Both the position numbers and the translations under genes were made by a program. The notes below the pieces were generated by a model. It was not told where the DNA came from. It made no database searches and saw nothing but the letters and a program-made list of their open reading frames with translations. A DNA stretch of 64,000 bases, taken from contig CAVSQW010000008.1 in assembly GCA_963730185.1 (NCBI GenBank), forward strand, positions 320,001 through 384,000, written 5' to 3'. Source of the stretch: an uncultured Gemmatimonadales bacterium (GTDB taxonomy: Bacteria > Gemmatimonadota > Gemmatimonadetes > Gemmatimonadales > GWC2-71-9). Below are positions 46,718-56,321 of this stretch, in pieces; position 1 is the stretch's first letter; the number at the start of each line of letters is the position of its first letter.

Positions 46718-48319
46718 CTACCGGCCGCCACCGGCGGGCGGGGCCGCCGGCGAGCGCTGGAGCGCGGTGTCGACCTGGGCCCGGAATCCGTCGAGCACCC
46801 CGCGGAGGGTCGCCAGCGCCTGGACCGCCGAGCTCTGGTCGGCGGCGCCGCCGAAGCTGCGGATCGCCGAGCGGAGGCTGTCGGCCTGGTCTGGCAGGCC
46901 GCTGGCCACCCGGAAGCTCTGGGCCACCAGGTTGAGGTTGCGATACTTGCCGGTGTAGGCGGGGAGCAGGCCGCCGACGGCGTCGAGGATCAGCTGGAGC
47001 CGCCCAAGGCGCTTGGAGCAGCACGAGGCCACGAACGGCGTCACGGCGATGCCCGAGACCGAGTCCGACCCGCCGGCGGGTGCGGTGCCGGCGTTCTTCG
47101 CAAGCTCGGCCTGGAGGTCGCCGACGGCGCCGGTCAGGCTGTCGGTCTGGACGCCGAGGATCGTGGGGAAGCCCGGCATCGCGGGCGCCGCCAGCGCGCC
47201 GGCCGGCACCGCGCCCGCCGGCACGAGCCGGTAGCGGTACACCATGCCATGCTCCCCGACCACGTAGGCGCGATCCCGCCGGGGCAGTGAGAATCCATGG
47301 CCGCTGGCGGGGAACGGGATGTTGCGGGAGACCCACCGGCGACCGCCGTCCGTGGTATAGGTCATGGTTTGGTACCGGAAAGCCCACCCGATCTCGGGAT
47401 CGGCAAAGGCCACCAGCGGCTTGCCTGGGCAGCCGGCCCCCGCCAGGCCTTCCCAGGTCACTCCGGCGTCACTGGTTCCGAAGAGCCTGCCACTGACGCA
47501 GCTGTACCCGTGCTGCGAGTCCGTGAACACCAGGTGTCCCTCGCGCCCGTCGATCCCTTGGCCGTCGTCGGCGAGCGCGAGCGCCGCCGTCCAGGTGTGC
47601 CCGCCGTCCTCGGTGCGGAACGAGTACAAGCCGCGGACGTCAGGGGAGTTGCCGATCGCGAATCCAAGATCGGGAGTCGGGAACGAGAAGTCGGCGACTT
47701 CGCAGCGGGCGTTGCGGGTCAGGCCCTTCGACTGCACCGACAACACACAGGTGAAGACCGGGGTCCAGGTCCGGCCGGCATCGTCGGTGCGCAGGATCTC
47801 GTTGTTGTGGGCCGTGAAGCCGGTCGTGGCGGACACGAAGCGGAGTGCGGCCCGATGCTGGGGTGCCGTGCCGGTCACTCGCCAGGTCTGGCCGTCGAGC
47901 GTTCGGAGCAGGGAGTGGTCGCCGGTGCCGGTCCGCTGGACGACGAACCCGGTCGATCGGTCCACGAACTGGAGTGACTCGAACCGTGACTGGTTGCCGG
48001 CCGGGTCACCCAGCTGCACGTCCCAGTGGGCGCCGCCGTCGGCGGTATGAATCACCACCCCGCCCGTTCCCATGCCGGTGACCCACCCCTCCTCCGGCGT
48101 GGTGAAGAACGCCTCGTCCAGCTCCACGTCCTCGGGGTAACTCACCGGTTCCCAGATTCCCTGGTAGGCCGGTGCGGTGGGGCCGCCCCGAACCGCCGGC
48201 GAGGGATGGCGCGCCGGGCGTGCCGGCCGGGGACGTTGGGCCGCGACCGGACCGGCCGTCAGGGTCAGCGCGAGCAGCGAGAGGGCCGGCCACGACCGGC
48301 GGGAAGAGATAGTAGGCAT
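46718..48319 (-). CDS. Secreted YCF48/BNR (Asp-box) beta-propeller protein with helical C-terminus
   Basis: Repeated T-x-D-G/A-G-x-x-W boxes (HTADGGAHW, RTDDAGRTW, RTEDGGHTW, YTTDGGRRW); signal peptide. Confidence 0.8.
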   Translation of the reverse strand: MPTISSRRSWPALSLLALTLTAGPVAAQRPRPARPARHPSPAVRGGPTAPAYQGIWEPVSYPEDVELDEAFFTTPEEGWVTGMGTGGVVIHTADGGAHWDVQLGDPAGNQSRFESLQFVDRSTGFVVQRTGTGDHSLLRTLDGQTWRVTGTAPQHRAALRFVSATTGFTAHNNEILRTDDAGRTWTPVFTCVLSVQSKGLTRNARCEVADFSFPTPDLGFAIGNSPDVRGLYSFRTEDGGHTWTAALALADDGQGIDGREGHLVFTDSQHGYSCVSGRLFGTSDAGVTWEGLAGAGCPGKPLVAFADPEIGWAFRYQTMTYTTDGGRRWVSRNIPFPASGHGFSLPRRDRAYVVGEHGMVYRYRLVPAGAVPAGALAAPAMPGFPTILGVQTDSLTGAVGDLQAELAKNAGTAPAGGSDSVSGIAVTPFVASCCSKRLGRLQLILDAVGGLLPAYTGKYRNLNLVAQSFRVASGLPDQADSLRSAIRSFGGAADQSSAVQALATLRGVLDGFRAQVDTALQRSPAAPPAGGGR

Positions 48320-48362
48320 CCTTTGTCACCTCCTGGCCGGCTCGGGGCGTCCGGCCGTCGTC

Positions 48363-49166
48363 TCAGTGGGGACCGAACTCTTTGGTCGCGAGGTTGTTGT
48401 CGACTCGCGGCTCCTGAATCGCGTGGTAGAAGTCGAGGTACACTTTGACGCCAACGTGGTCGGTACCCAGGTACTTGCCCCCGACGTGGAAGGAGGTCGA
48501 TTGGCCCGGGGCCAACACGGGGATCTCCGCGTCGGTCAGGATCGGGAGTGCCCCCGGATCGAGCAGCGACGACAGGTCCATTCCCGGTCCACCCCAGGCC
48601 CGGGCGATGACCGTTCTCGGCATCGCCTTGTTGCCCTGGTTCTGGACCGTGACCTGGATCCGGTACCGGGTGTTGAAGTCCTCCCAATCCTGCTTGACCG
48701 CGGTCACCGCGAGATCGGGACAGGGCGGGGTGACTTGGGCGGTTCGGGTGTTGTCGGTCTCGCTCGATTCGGTCACCACATGTTGGGGATCGGCGACGAC
48801 CTTGAGGCGGACCGCCGCGCAGCTGGAGACCGTCGCGACCGGGTCGCTCACCGTGGCCGAGGCGCCCCCCGCGAGCGAGGCGTGCTTGTAGGTGTCGACC
48901 CGGGCATCGTCGATGTAGACGTCGACCACGAAGGGCACCGTGACCGCCGTTTGGCCGTGGTTCATCACCGTGTACGTCAGCTGCCCGGCGGGGCTCAGGC
49001 CGAGGGCCGAGAAGACCAGGTCGCTGCCCTGGGTGAGGGGGGCAGCCGGCCGGGAGATGCCGCCCCGGATCGGGGTCGGCAGCCGCCGGCTCGGGGGCTG
49101 GGCCCCCACCGCGGCAGGGAGCACCGCCAGGGCGACGAGAACGATCCAGCGCTGTCGGTTCCTCAT
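48363..49166 (-). CDS. Secreted tandem CARDB-domain protein
   Basis: Signal peptide; two repeats of DL...TV.N.G...D....E....NN. Confidence 0.8.
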   Translation of the reverse strand: MRNRQRWIVLVALAVLPAAVGAQPPSRRLPTPIRGGISRPAAPLTQGSDLVFSALGLSPAGQLTYTVMNHGQTAVTVPFVVDVYIDDARVDTYKHASLAGGASATVSDPVATVSSCAAVRLKVVADPQHVVTESSETDNTRTAQVTPPCPDLAVTAVKQDWEDFNTRYRIQVTVQNQGNKAMPRTVIARAWGGPGMDLSSLLDPGALPILTDAEIPVLAPGQSTSFHVGGKYLGTDHVGVKVYLDFYHAIQEPRVDNNLATKEFGPH

Positions 49167-49285
49167 GAACGCCTCCTGAGCTCGGGCCCGCTCGGCTTGA
49201 TGGTCCGAACGGCACGGGCTACTATAGCCGAGGAGCCTCAGATCGCTCTCCGGCGGCACTCACACAGAATCACAAGACGGCCAAC

Positions 49286-52183
49286 ATGTTGCGGCTGCGG
49301 ACTTTCGGTGGGCTTGCCCTGGAGCGGGACGGCGTCCCGCTCGGCGGAGCCGCGTCCCAGCGTCGGCGGCTCGCGCTCCTCGCGCTGCTGGCCGCGAGCG
49401 ACCGAGCCCTGAGCCGCGAGCGGGTCGTCGCCTGCCTCTGGCCCGACCGGAGCGACGACCAGGGCCGCCACTCCCTGTCGCAACTGCTCTACGCCATCCG
49501 TCGCGACCTCGGGGTGGAGGTCATCCAAGGCGGGGCCGAGGAGCTTCGCTTCGTGGCTGGCGTCCTCGTCGCCGACGTCGTCGAGTTCCGCTCGGCGTTG
49601 GCGGTGGGCGACTTCGAGCGGGCGGTGGCGTGCTACTCGGGTCCATTTCTCGACGGCGTCCGACTCCCCGAGGCCTCCGAGTTCGAGCGCTGGGCGGACG
49701 AGCAGCGCCGGGCGCTGGCGGCGAGCTTCGGAGACGCCCTGGACCGGCTGGCCGAGATCGTGGCGAGCCGCGGCGACTTCGCGGCCGCCGTGGGATGGCG
49801 AAGGAAACGGGCCCACCTCGATCCCCTCGACGGCGCCGCCGCTCGGGCCCTGATGACCGCCCTCGTCGACGCGGGCGACCTGGCCGGTGCGCTCCAGCAC
49901 GCCACGGTGCACGCCGCCTTCCTCGCCGCCGAGCTCGAGCTCCCGCCCGACCCCGAAGTGGTCGCCTTGGCCGACCGGCTTCGGGCGGGCCTGCGGCCCG
50001 CCGCCGAGGCGGTCCCCGCCGCCGATCCGCCGTCGTCCCTCGAGGTGTCGCGGGCCGACGATGGGGTGGCCCGGATCGCGGTCCCTCGGGAGGTCGTGCG
50101 GGCGCCGGACGAGGCGCCCCAGCGACGGTCTCAGGATCGGGTCCGGTGGCGGCTCCGGAAATCCCGGCCGGCCCTGCTGCTCGGGGCCGGGCTGGTTGTG
50201 GCGCTGGTCGGGCTGCGTCTGGCTCGGGGGCCGTCGTCACCGGCAGCGCCGCGCGCCGTCGTGCTCGGATCCTTCGAGGGACCGGACTCGGTGTTGAGCC
50301 TCGGAATGCGGGAGGCGCTCCGGGCGGAGCTCAGCGCCACGCCGGGGGTCGACCTGGTGAGCGAAGCCCGGGTCCGGGAAGCGCTCCGTCTGCTCCGGCA
50401 CCAGCCCGACACCGTGCTCACTCCGGCGCTCGCGTCGCTGGTCGCGGCCCGCGAGGGGGTTCCGCTCGTGGTGACCGGGTCCGCGCTCCCGCTGGGAACC
50501 GGCGCCCAACTCGTGGTTGACGTCCGGAACGTCTCGACCGGCCGGACCGAGGTGACCCTGTCGGAGCAGGCGGCCCGGGCCGACCAGGTCATCCCGGCGG
50601 TGGCTCGCCTGGGCCACCGGCTGAGCCATCGCACCTGGGCGGTCGAGATCGACACGACCCTCCAGCCCCTGCCCGCGGTCACGACCACCTCGCTCGCGGC
50701 GCTTCGAAACTACGGACTGGCGCTCTCGGCTCTGGGACGCTGGGATCGTGAGACGGCGATCGCCCTGCTCGAGGGGGCCCTGGTCCACGACAGCCTCTTC
50801 GCGATGGCGCACTTCCTCCTGGGCGACATGCTCTGGTACACCGACCACGAGCGCCACGCCGAGGAGCACTTCACCCGGGCCCTGGGCCTGGCCGCTCGGA
50901 TGCCGCCCCGCGAGCGCCTGATCGTCCAGGCCCGGTTCGAGCAGGTGGTCCTCGACCGGCCCGACCTCGCCATCCAGACCTGGCGCACCCTCGAGACCAG
51001 CTTCCCCGGCGAGCCGATCGCCTACGAAGGGATCACCTGGGCCTACCGAGCGGTGGGGCGCTTCGAGGATGCGGTCGCCGCCGCGGACTCCGCCATCCGG
51101 CTCTCGCCCCGGCCGGGTACTCCGCTCTTCGTCGCGCTCAAGAACTCCATGGCGTCCTGCCGCGACACGGCGGCGGTCCGCCGGATCGTGACGGCCGACA
51201 GCATCACTCGTCCGCTTGGCGAGGCCACCTTGGCGTGGCTCCGGCGCTACCGGGCCGGCGACTGGGCCGAGGTCCACACGGCCTCCGACCGACGGGCCGA
51301 AGCGCCGCACCCGAGCAGCGCCGAGACGGCCCAGCGCATTCCGCTGCTGGTGGCGTCGGGCCGGGTGAGTGACGCCCTGGCCCTGCTCGACGGGGTCCGG
51401 GCCGAGCCCTGGATGCAGTACCTCCCGAAGAGCCTGCTTGCGGTGGGGCTCGGCGAGGCGGAGTGGGGGGCGCGGCGGACCGCCGTCGTGCTGGGACGGC
51501 AGGCGCTGGCCTGGATCGAGGGCGCCGACCTGTCGCCGCCGGCCTATGCCCGCCTCGCCGAGCGATTGGCGGAGCTCTCGGCCCGGACCGACGATCGCGC
51601 CACCCTGAGCGAGCTCCGCCGCTTTCTCGCCGACCGCGACGGCGGTCGCGATCTGCCCAGCTACCGACTGGCGCTGCTCACCGTGGATGGGGCGTTGGCG
51701 GCCATGCGGGGCGAGCGGCGCGCGGCCCTCCACTTCGCGACGGCGGCGGGGCAGGGCACCTTCTTCGGGCGGTCCCTGTCGACGGTCTATCTGTTCGAGG
51801 CGGAGGCACGGGCGGCGACCGGCGACCGGGTGGGGGCGGATTCGCTTTATCGGGTGATCGCGGACTACCGGCTCTCCGATCCGGACTACGAGACCTGGCC
51901 GATCATCCGGGCGATCGCCCTTCGGCGGCTGTCAGCGGACCAGGAAGCCGCCGCGAAGGCCGTCGGCCGGGTCGATCAGGAACTCGTGCCGCCCCGTGAT
52001 CGCGGCGGTGCCCGCCACCTCGGGGATCACGGCCGCGTGCGGCCCGAAGTCGGTTTCCTCGACGGCGGCCGCCTCGAAGGTCGTGCCCAAGATGCTCTCG
52101 ACCACGATCCGTTGTCCCAGCCCAAGCTCACCCCGGGCGTAGTGGATCGCCACTCGCCCGCTGACCCCCGTCCCGGTGGGTGA
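49286..52183 (+). CDS. SARP/BTAD transcriptional regulator with TM helix and TPR region
   Basis: LRTFGGL..QRRRLALLALL..LWPD..LSQLLYAIRRDLG, YSGPFLDG..EFERW and DPLD; TM LLLGAGLVVALVGL; TTSLAALRNY + TPRs. The 3' end is uncertain because of a gene overlap. Confidence 0.85.
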   Translation: MLRLRTFGGLALERDGVPLGGAASQRRRLALLALLAASDRALSRERVVACLWPDRSDDQGRHSLSQLLYAIRRDLGVEVIQGGAEELRFVAGVLVADVVEFRSALAVGDFERAVACYSGPFLDGVRLPEASEFERWADEQRRALAASFGDALDRLAEIVASRGDFAAAVGWRRKRAHLDPLDGAAARALMTALVDAGDLAGALQHATVHAAFLAAELELPPDPEVVALADRLRAGLRPAAEAVPAADPPSSLEVSRADDGVARIAVPREVVRAPDEAPQRRSQDRVRWRLRKSRPALLLGAGLVVALVGLRLARGPSSPAAPRAVVLGSFEGPDSVLSLGMREALRAELSATPGVDLVSEARVREALRLLRHQPDTVLTPALASLVAAREGVPLVVTGSALPLGTGAQLVVDVRNVSTGRTEVTLSEQAARADQVIPAVARLGHRLSHRTWAVEIDTTLQPLPAVTTTSLAALRNYGLALSALGRWDRETAIALLEGALVHDSLFAMAHFLLGDMLWYTDHERHAEEHFTRALGLAARMPPRERLIVQARFEQVVLDRPDLAIQTWRTLETSFPGEPIAYEGITWAYRAVGRFEDAVAAADSAIRLSPRPGTPLFVALKNSMASCRDTAAVRRIVTADSITRPLGEATLAWLRRYRAGDWAEVHTASDRRAEAPHPSSAETAQRIPLLVASGRVSDALALLDGVRAEPWMQYLPKSLLAVGLGEAEWGARRTAVVLGRQALAWIEGADLSPPAYARLAERLAELSARTDDRATLSELRRFLADRDGGRDLPSYRLALLTVDGALAAMRGERRAALHFATAAGQGTFFGRSLSTVYLFEAEARAATGDRVGADSLYRVIADYRLSDPDYETWPIIRAIALRRLSADQEAAAKAVGRVDQELVPPRDRGGARHLGDHGRVRPEVGFLDGGRLEGRAQDALDHDPLSQPKLTPGVVDRHSPADPRPGG

Positions 52184-52984
52184 TCGGTCCACCTCGCCGT
52201 CGGCGAAAATGCACACGTTCCGGCTGTGGTGGGCGGGATCCTCGGCCGGGCCGACCAGAATCGTTCCGTACAGGAAGCCGAGCTCGCGTTCGTAGGGGTG
52301 CTCGATGGGCCCCTTGGCCATCACGGCACGCTTGATGGCCATCCCGGCGTCGATCAGCTCGCGCCCCTTGCCGGGAACCAGCAGAAGCCCCAGCGAGTCG
52401 GCGTCGACGTACGCGTAGAAGGCCCCGCCGAAGGCCAGGTCGTACCGCACCGCGCCCAGCCCGGGCACGCTCACCGTCTGATCCCGCGCCGCCAGAAAGG
52501 AGGGCACGTTCCGGAACCGGACCGTGGTCACCCGGCCACCCTCCACCGTGGCCGCGGCCTCCACCGGGCCGGCCGGCGTGTCGATCGTCATCGAGGCGCG
52601 GTCGCCCTCGACCGGCACCACGCCCATGGTCACCAGCACCGTGGCCACGGCAATGATCCCGTGCCCGCACATGGTGCTGAACCCCTCGTTGTGCATGAAG
52701 AGGACGCCGCAGGCCGCCCCCGGCGTGACCGGATCGGTCAGGAAGCAGCCGTACATGTCGGCGTGTCCCCGCGGCTCCCACATGAGCGTGCGTCGGGTCT
52801 GGTCGAGGTGCTCGCGCGCGTACCGCCGCTTGGCGATCATCGTCGCCCCGGGAATCGCCGGCACCCCGCCGGTCACGACCCGAAAGGGCTCGCCGGCGGT
52901 GTGCGCGTCGATGGTGGTGATCCGCCCCCAGTCGGGCGGAAGTCCGAACCCACTCGCTCCGCCCGTCATGATGCCCTCGCTCAT
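51932..52984 (-). CDS. Proline racemase family protein, likely trans-3-hydroxy-L-proline dehydratase
   Basis: DAHTAGEPFR, EPRGHADMYG, MCGHG and DRSPTGTG (Cys/Thr pair). Confidence 0.85.
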   Translation of the reverse strand: MSEGIMTGGASGFGLPPDWGRITTIDAHTAGEPFRVVTGGVPAIPGATMIAKRRYAREHLDQTRRTLMWEPRGHADMYGCFLTDPVTPGAACGVLFMHNEGFSTMCGHGIIAVATVLVTMGVVPVEGDRASMTIDTPAGPVEAAATVEGGRVTTVRFRNVPSFLAARDQTVSVPGLGAVRYDLAFGGAFYAYVDADSLGLLLVPGKGRELIDAGMAIKRAVMAKGPIEHPYERELGFLYGTILVGPAEDPAHHSRNVCIFADGEVDRSPTGTGVSGRVAIHYARGELGLGQRIVVESILGTTFEAAAVEETDFGPHAAVIPEVAGTAAITGRHEFLIDPADGLRGGFLVR

Positions 52985-53049
52985 CCGTTCCTCCCTTGCC
53001 ACGACCCGTCCCGCCGGCCTGCCCAGCCCCCACGGAATCCCCGACCCGC

Positions 53050-53176
53050 CCCAACTCCCAAGTCCCTACTCCCTCCCAACTCCCAACTCCCAACTCCCTA
53101 TTCCCTCCCAACTCCCAACTCCCAACTCCCAATTCCCTCCCAACTCCCCACTCACGACTCCCTACTCCCTACCCGG
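53050..53176. repeat. Heptamer tandem repeats (CTCCCAA/CTCCCTA)
   Basis: Long run of TCCCAAC-like units between aguA and the racemase-family gene. Confidence 0.8.
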
Positions 53177-54250
53177 CCATTGCTGCGTCACGCAATGAAT
53201 CGCCCCCAATCCCCACACCAGATCCCGGCAGTCGATCGGCACCACCCGCCGGGTCGGGAACAACGCCTGGAGCGTTTCCCGGGTCACCTCGTCGAGGTGG
53301 GTGTCGTAGGCCGGCATCAGGACGACCTCGTTGGCGATGTAGAAGTTGGCGTAGCTCATCGGGAGCCGGTGCCCGTCGAAGGTGCCGGGCGGCGGCATCG
53401 GGAGGGTGATGACCTGGAGCGGGGCGCCGTCCTGGTCCTTCATCCGCCGGAGCCGGTCCAGGTTGTCGCGCAGGGGGTGGTAGTTGGGGTCGCTGGAGTC
53501 GTCCTCGAGAACGGTCACCACGGTCCTGGCGTCCACGAACCGGGTCAGGTCGTCGACGTGGCCGTCGGTGTCGTCCCCCTCGATTCCCTCTCCCAGCCAG
53601 AGGATGTTGGTGACGCCGAGGTAGTCGCGGAGGATCTGCTCGAGGGCGGCCCGGTCGCGTCGCGGGTTCCGGTTGGGGTTGAGGAGGCACTGCTCGGTCG
53701 TGAGCAAGGTGCCGGCCCCGTTCACGTCGATCGAGCCGCCCTCGAGCACGATGCCCGGATGCTCCACCGGGATCCCCAGCTCCTCGCCGATCCGGGTCGG
53801 GATCACGTCGTCGAGGTCGTAGGGCGGGTACTTGTCGCCCCAGGCGTTGTAGCCCCAGTCCAGGATCAGCTGCTCCGGGCCGGCCTCCGTGACGCGCGTG
53901 ACGAAGATCGGCCCGTGGTCTCGACACCAGGCATCGTTGGTCGGATGACGGTGGAAGGAGACGGCCTCGGTCGGCGCCTTGGCGACCGCCAGCGCGGCGC
54001 GGGCGCTGGTTTCGAGCGCGTCGCTGCCCACGTTGATGTGCACCTCCTCACCCGGGGCAAGATGGCGGACCATCTCGGCGAAGATCGCGGGCACCGGCTC
54101 GAACTTACCGGGCCACGACGCTTCCTTGTGGGGCCAGCTGAGCCAGGTGCCCCGATGGCGGGCCCACTCGGCCGGCATCCGAAATCCCCGCGCGGCCGGC
54201 GAGCCGGGCGTGAACGGCGTCGAAGCGGGGCGGGGCACGGCCCGGCTCAA
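53162..54250 (-). CDS. aguA: Agmatine deiminase
   Basis: RMPAEW, WCRDHGP, LEGGSIDVNG, DDTDGHVDD, SYANFY and GAIHCVTQQ; start TTG 54250 or GTG 54238. Confidence 0.92.
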   Translation of the reverse strand: MSRAVPRPASTPFTPGSPAARGFRMPAEWARHRGTWLSWPHKEASWPGKFEPVPAIFAEMVRHLAPGEEVHINVGSDALETSARAALAVAKAPTEAVSFHRHPTNDAWCRDHGPIFVTRVTEAGPEQLILDWGYNAWGDKYPPYDLDDVIPTRIGEELGIPVEHPGIVLEGGSIDVNGAGTLLTTEQCLLNPNRNPRRDRAALEQILRDYLGVTNILWLGEGIEGDDTDGHVDDLTRFVDARTVVTVLEDDSSDPNYHPLRDNLDRLRRMKDQDGAPLQVITLPMPPPGTFDGHRLPMSYANFYIANEVVLMPAYDTHLDEVTRETLQALFPTRRVVPIDCRDLVWGLGAIHCVTQQWPGRE

Positions 54251-55134
54251 TCGTCGAGATAGCGACGGGTCAGGTCGCCGTAGGCATCGATCCGGCGGTC
54301 GCGGAGGAAGGGCCAGTGGGTCCGGACGAGGTCGACCTGCCCCAGCTCGCAAGGCACGATCAGCGTCTCTTCGTCCTGCCCGGCCTGGGCCAGGACCCGA
54401 CCGCTCGGATCGGCCACGAAGCTCCCGCCCCAGAATTCGATCCCGCCCGACCCGCTGGTCTCGAGGCCGACCCGGTTTACCGCGGCCACGTAGACGCCGT
54501 TGGCGATCGCGTGCGAACGCTGCATCGCCTCCCACGCCGCCTGCTGTCGCTCCCCGTACTCGGCCTTCTCCGGCGGAAGCCAGCCGATCGCGGTCGGGTA
54601 CAAGAGGACCTCGGCCCCGTGCATCGCGGTGAGCCGGGCGGCCTCCGGGTACCACTGATCCCAGCAGATCAGGACGCCCAGCCGGCCGAAGCGCGTGTTC
54701 CAGACCCGAAAGCCCAGGTCGCCGGGGGTGAAATAGAACTTCTCGTAGAACTGGGGGTCGTCCGGGATGTGCATCTTCCGGTATTTCCCCAAGTAGGTCC
54801 CGTCGGCGTCGATGATCGCGGCCGTGTTGTGATAGAGCCCCTCAGCCCGCTTCTCGAACAGCGACGCCACCACGACCACCCCGAGCTCCCGGGCGACCTC
54901 GGAGAGCACGGCCGTCGTGGGCCCCGGGATCGCCTCCGCCAGCTGGAAGAAGCGATGATCCTCGGATTGGCAGAAGTAGGGGCCGAGGAAGAGCTCTTGG
55001 AGGCAGATCACCTGGGCGCCCCGGGCGGCGGCGTCCCGAATGCGGTCGACCGCCGTGGCCAGGTTGGCCTTGCGATCCTCGCCGCAGGCCATCTGAGGCA
55101 GCCCGAGCGTGACGGTGCGAGCGGAACTGGTCAT
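54247..55134 (-). CDS. aguB: N-carbamoylputrescine amidase (nitrilase family)
   Basis: CLQELF, YRKMHIPDDP.FYEKFYF and ICWDQWYPEAAR; coupled to aguA. Confidence 0.88.
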   Translation of the reverse strand: MTSSARTVTLGLPQMACGEDRKANLATAVDRIRDAAARGAQVICLQELFLGPYFCQSEDHRFFQLAEAIPGPTTAVLSEVARELGVVVVASLFEKRAEGLYHNTAAIIDADGTYLGKYRKMHIPDDPQFYEKFYFTPGDLGFRVWNTRFGRLGVLICWDQWYPEAARLTAMHGAEVLLYPTAIGWLPPEKAEYGERQQAAWEAMQRSHAIANGVYVAAVNRVGLETSGSGGIEFWGGSFVADPSGRVLAQAGQDEETLIVPCELGQVDLVRTHWPFLRDRRIDAYGDLTRRYLDD

Positions 55135-55205
55135 CCCCGAAAACTAACGGGCCCCCCGCACCCCGTCTCCCCCCGTCCCTCCACCCCCTTTATCCTTCCC
55201 CACCC

Positions 55206-56267
55206 ATGCTCCGATCCCTCGTCGTCCTGCTGGTGCTGGCCTCGGCGCCGGCCACCCTCGCCGCCCAGTCGCTGACCTGGGCCAACCGGGTCACCCTCTA
55301 CGGGGACAATACCGAGTTCTTCACCCCATACCGTACCGGTCAGACGATCCTGGGCGGGCAGTTCCAGAGCTATCTTCGGGTGGGCCCCTCGGCCAAGACA
55401 GAGGTGATCGCCGGGGTGTTCGGTGACGTCCGGTGGGGTTCGTCCGAGTTCCTCGACCAGACCAAACCGCTCCTCGGGTTTCGCTACCGAACCGAACACT
55501 CCACCGCGGCGTTCGGGACCCTGGTTACCGAGCGGCGGCACGGGCTGCTCGATCCGCTGGAGGTGAGCACGCTCGAGCTTACCCGTCCGGTCGAGTACGG
55601 GCTGCAATGGATCGAGCGGCGGCGGAGCTGGGATCTCGACTTCTTCATCAACTGGCAGAAGCTCAACACCCCGACCCAGCGCGAGGTCTTCGACTATGGG
55701 TGGGTGTTCCGCTATCGCCCGATTCCCCAGATCTCGCTCGAAGGCCAGCTCCACGGTCTCCATCACGGGGGCCAGCTCTACGACGCCGGCGTGCCGGTCA
55801 CCAACAACGTGGCCTCGGGCTTCGGGGTGACACTCTCCGATTCGCTTGGTTGGCTCGGCCGTTCCGCCCTGACCGTCTATCGTCTCCGGAGCGCCGGGAA
55901 CATCGACCCCGCCGCCCCCGCCGATCGTCCCCGGTCCGGTCGCGGCTGGTACCTCCGCGCCGGGGTCCGGCCCGCGAGCGCGGTCGAGCTGTTCGGGATC
56001 TACTGGCGAGGCCGCGACTTTCTGTCGCAGGAGGGCGACAACAACTACAACTCGGTCGGGGTGGATCCCAGCTACTACCGATCGGAGCGCAAGTACGTCG
56101 AGCTCGGCGTCATGCGGCGGACCAAGATCGACGGCGCGGTGGACCTGGACGCCGAGTTCCGCCTGCACCGGATCGACGACGATCCCAGCATCGCCTTCCT
56201 GGGCACTCACTGGGAGTACTCCTATCGACTGGTGGTCCGGGCCCCGTTCGAAATCGTCGCCCGCTAG
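55206..56267 (+). CDS. Hypothetical outer-membrane beta-barrel protein
   Basis: Signal peptide (LAA-Q); aromatic-rich amphipathic strands. Confidence 0.65.
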   Translation: MLRSLVVLLVLASAPATLAAQSLTWANRVTLYGDNTEFFTPYRTGQTILGGQFQSYLRVGPSAKTEVIAGVFGDVRWGSSEFLDQTKPLLGFRYRTEHSTAAFGTLVTERRHGLLDPLEVSTLELTRPVEYGLQWIERRRSWDLDFFINWQKLNTPTQREVFDYGWVFRYRPIPQISLEGQLHGLHHGGQLYDAGVPVTNNVASGFGVTLSDSLGWLGRSALTVYRLRSAGNIDPAAPADRPRSGRGWYLRAGVRPASAVELFGIYWRGRDFLSQEGDNNYNSVGVDPSYYRSERKYVELGVMRRTKIDGAVDLDAEFRLHRIDDDPSIAFLGTHWEYSYRLVVRAPFEIVAR

Positions 56268-56321
56268 CCCCTCACTCTCTTACCCCCTACCCGCTACTCC
56301 TGCTCCCGCCCGGCTCCCCGA

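Noticed and set aside
53050..53176. CRISPR array (also considered for 18713-18917 and 63771-64000)
   Set aside because: Units are 7-10 bp, degenerate and lack unique spacers; no cas genes.
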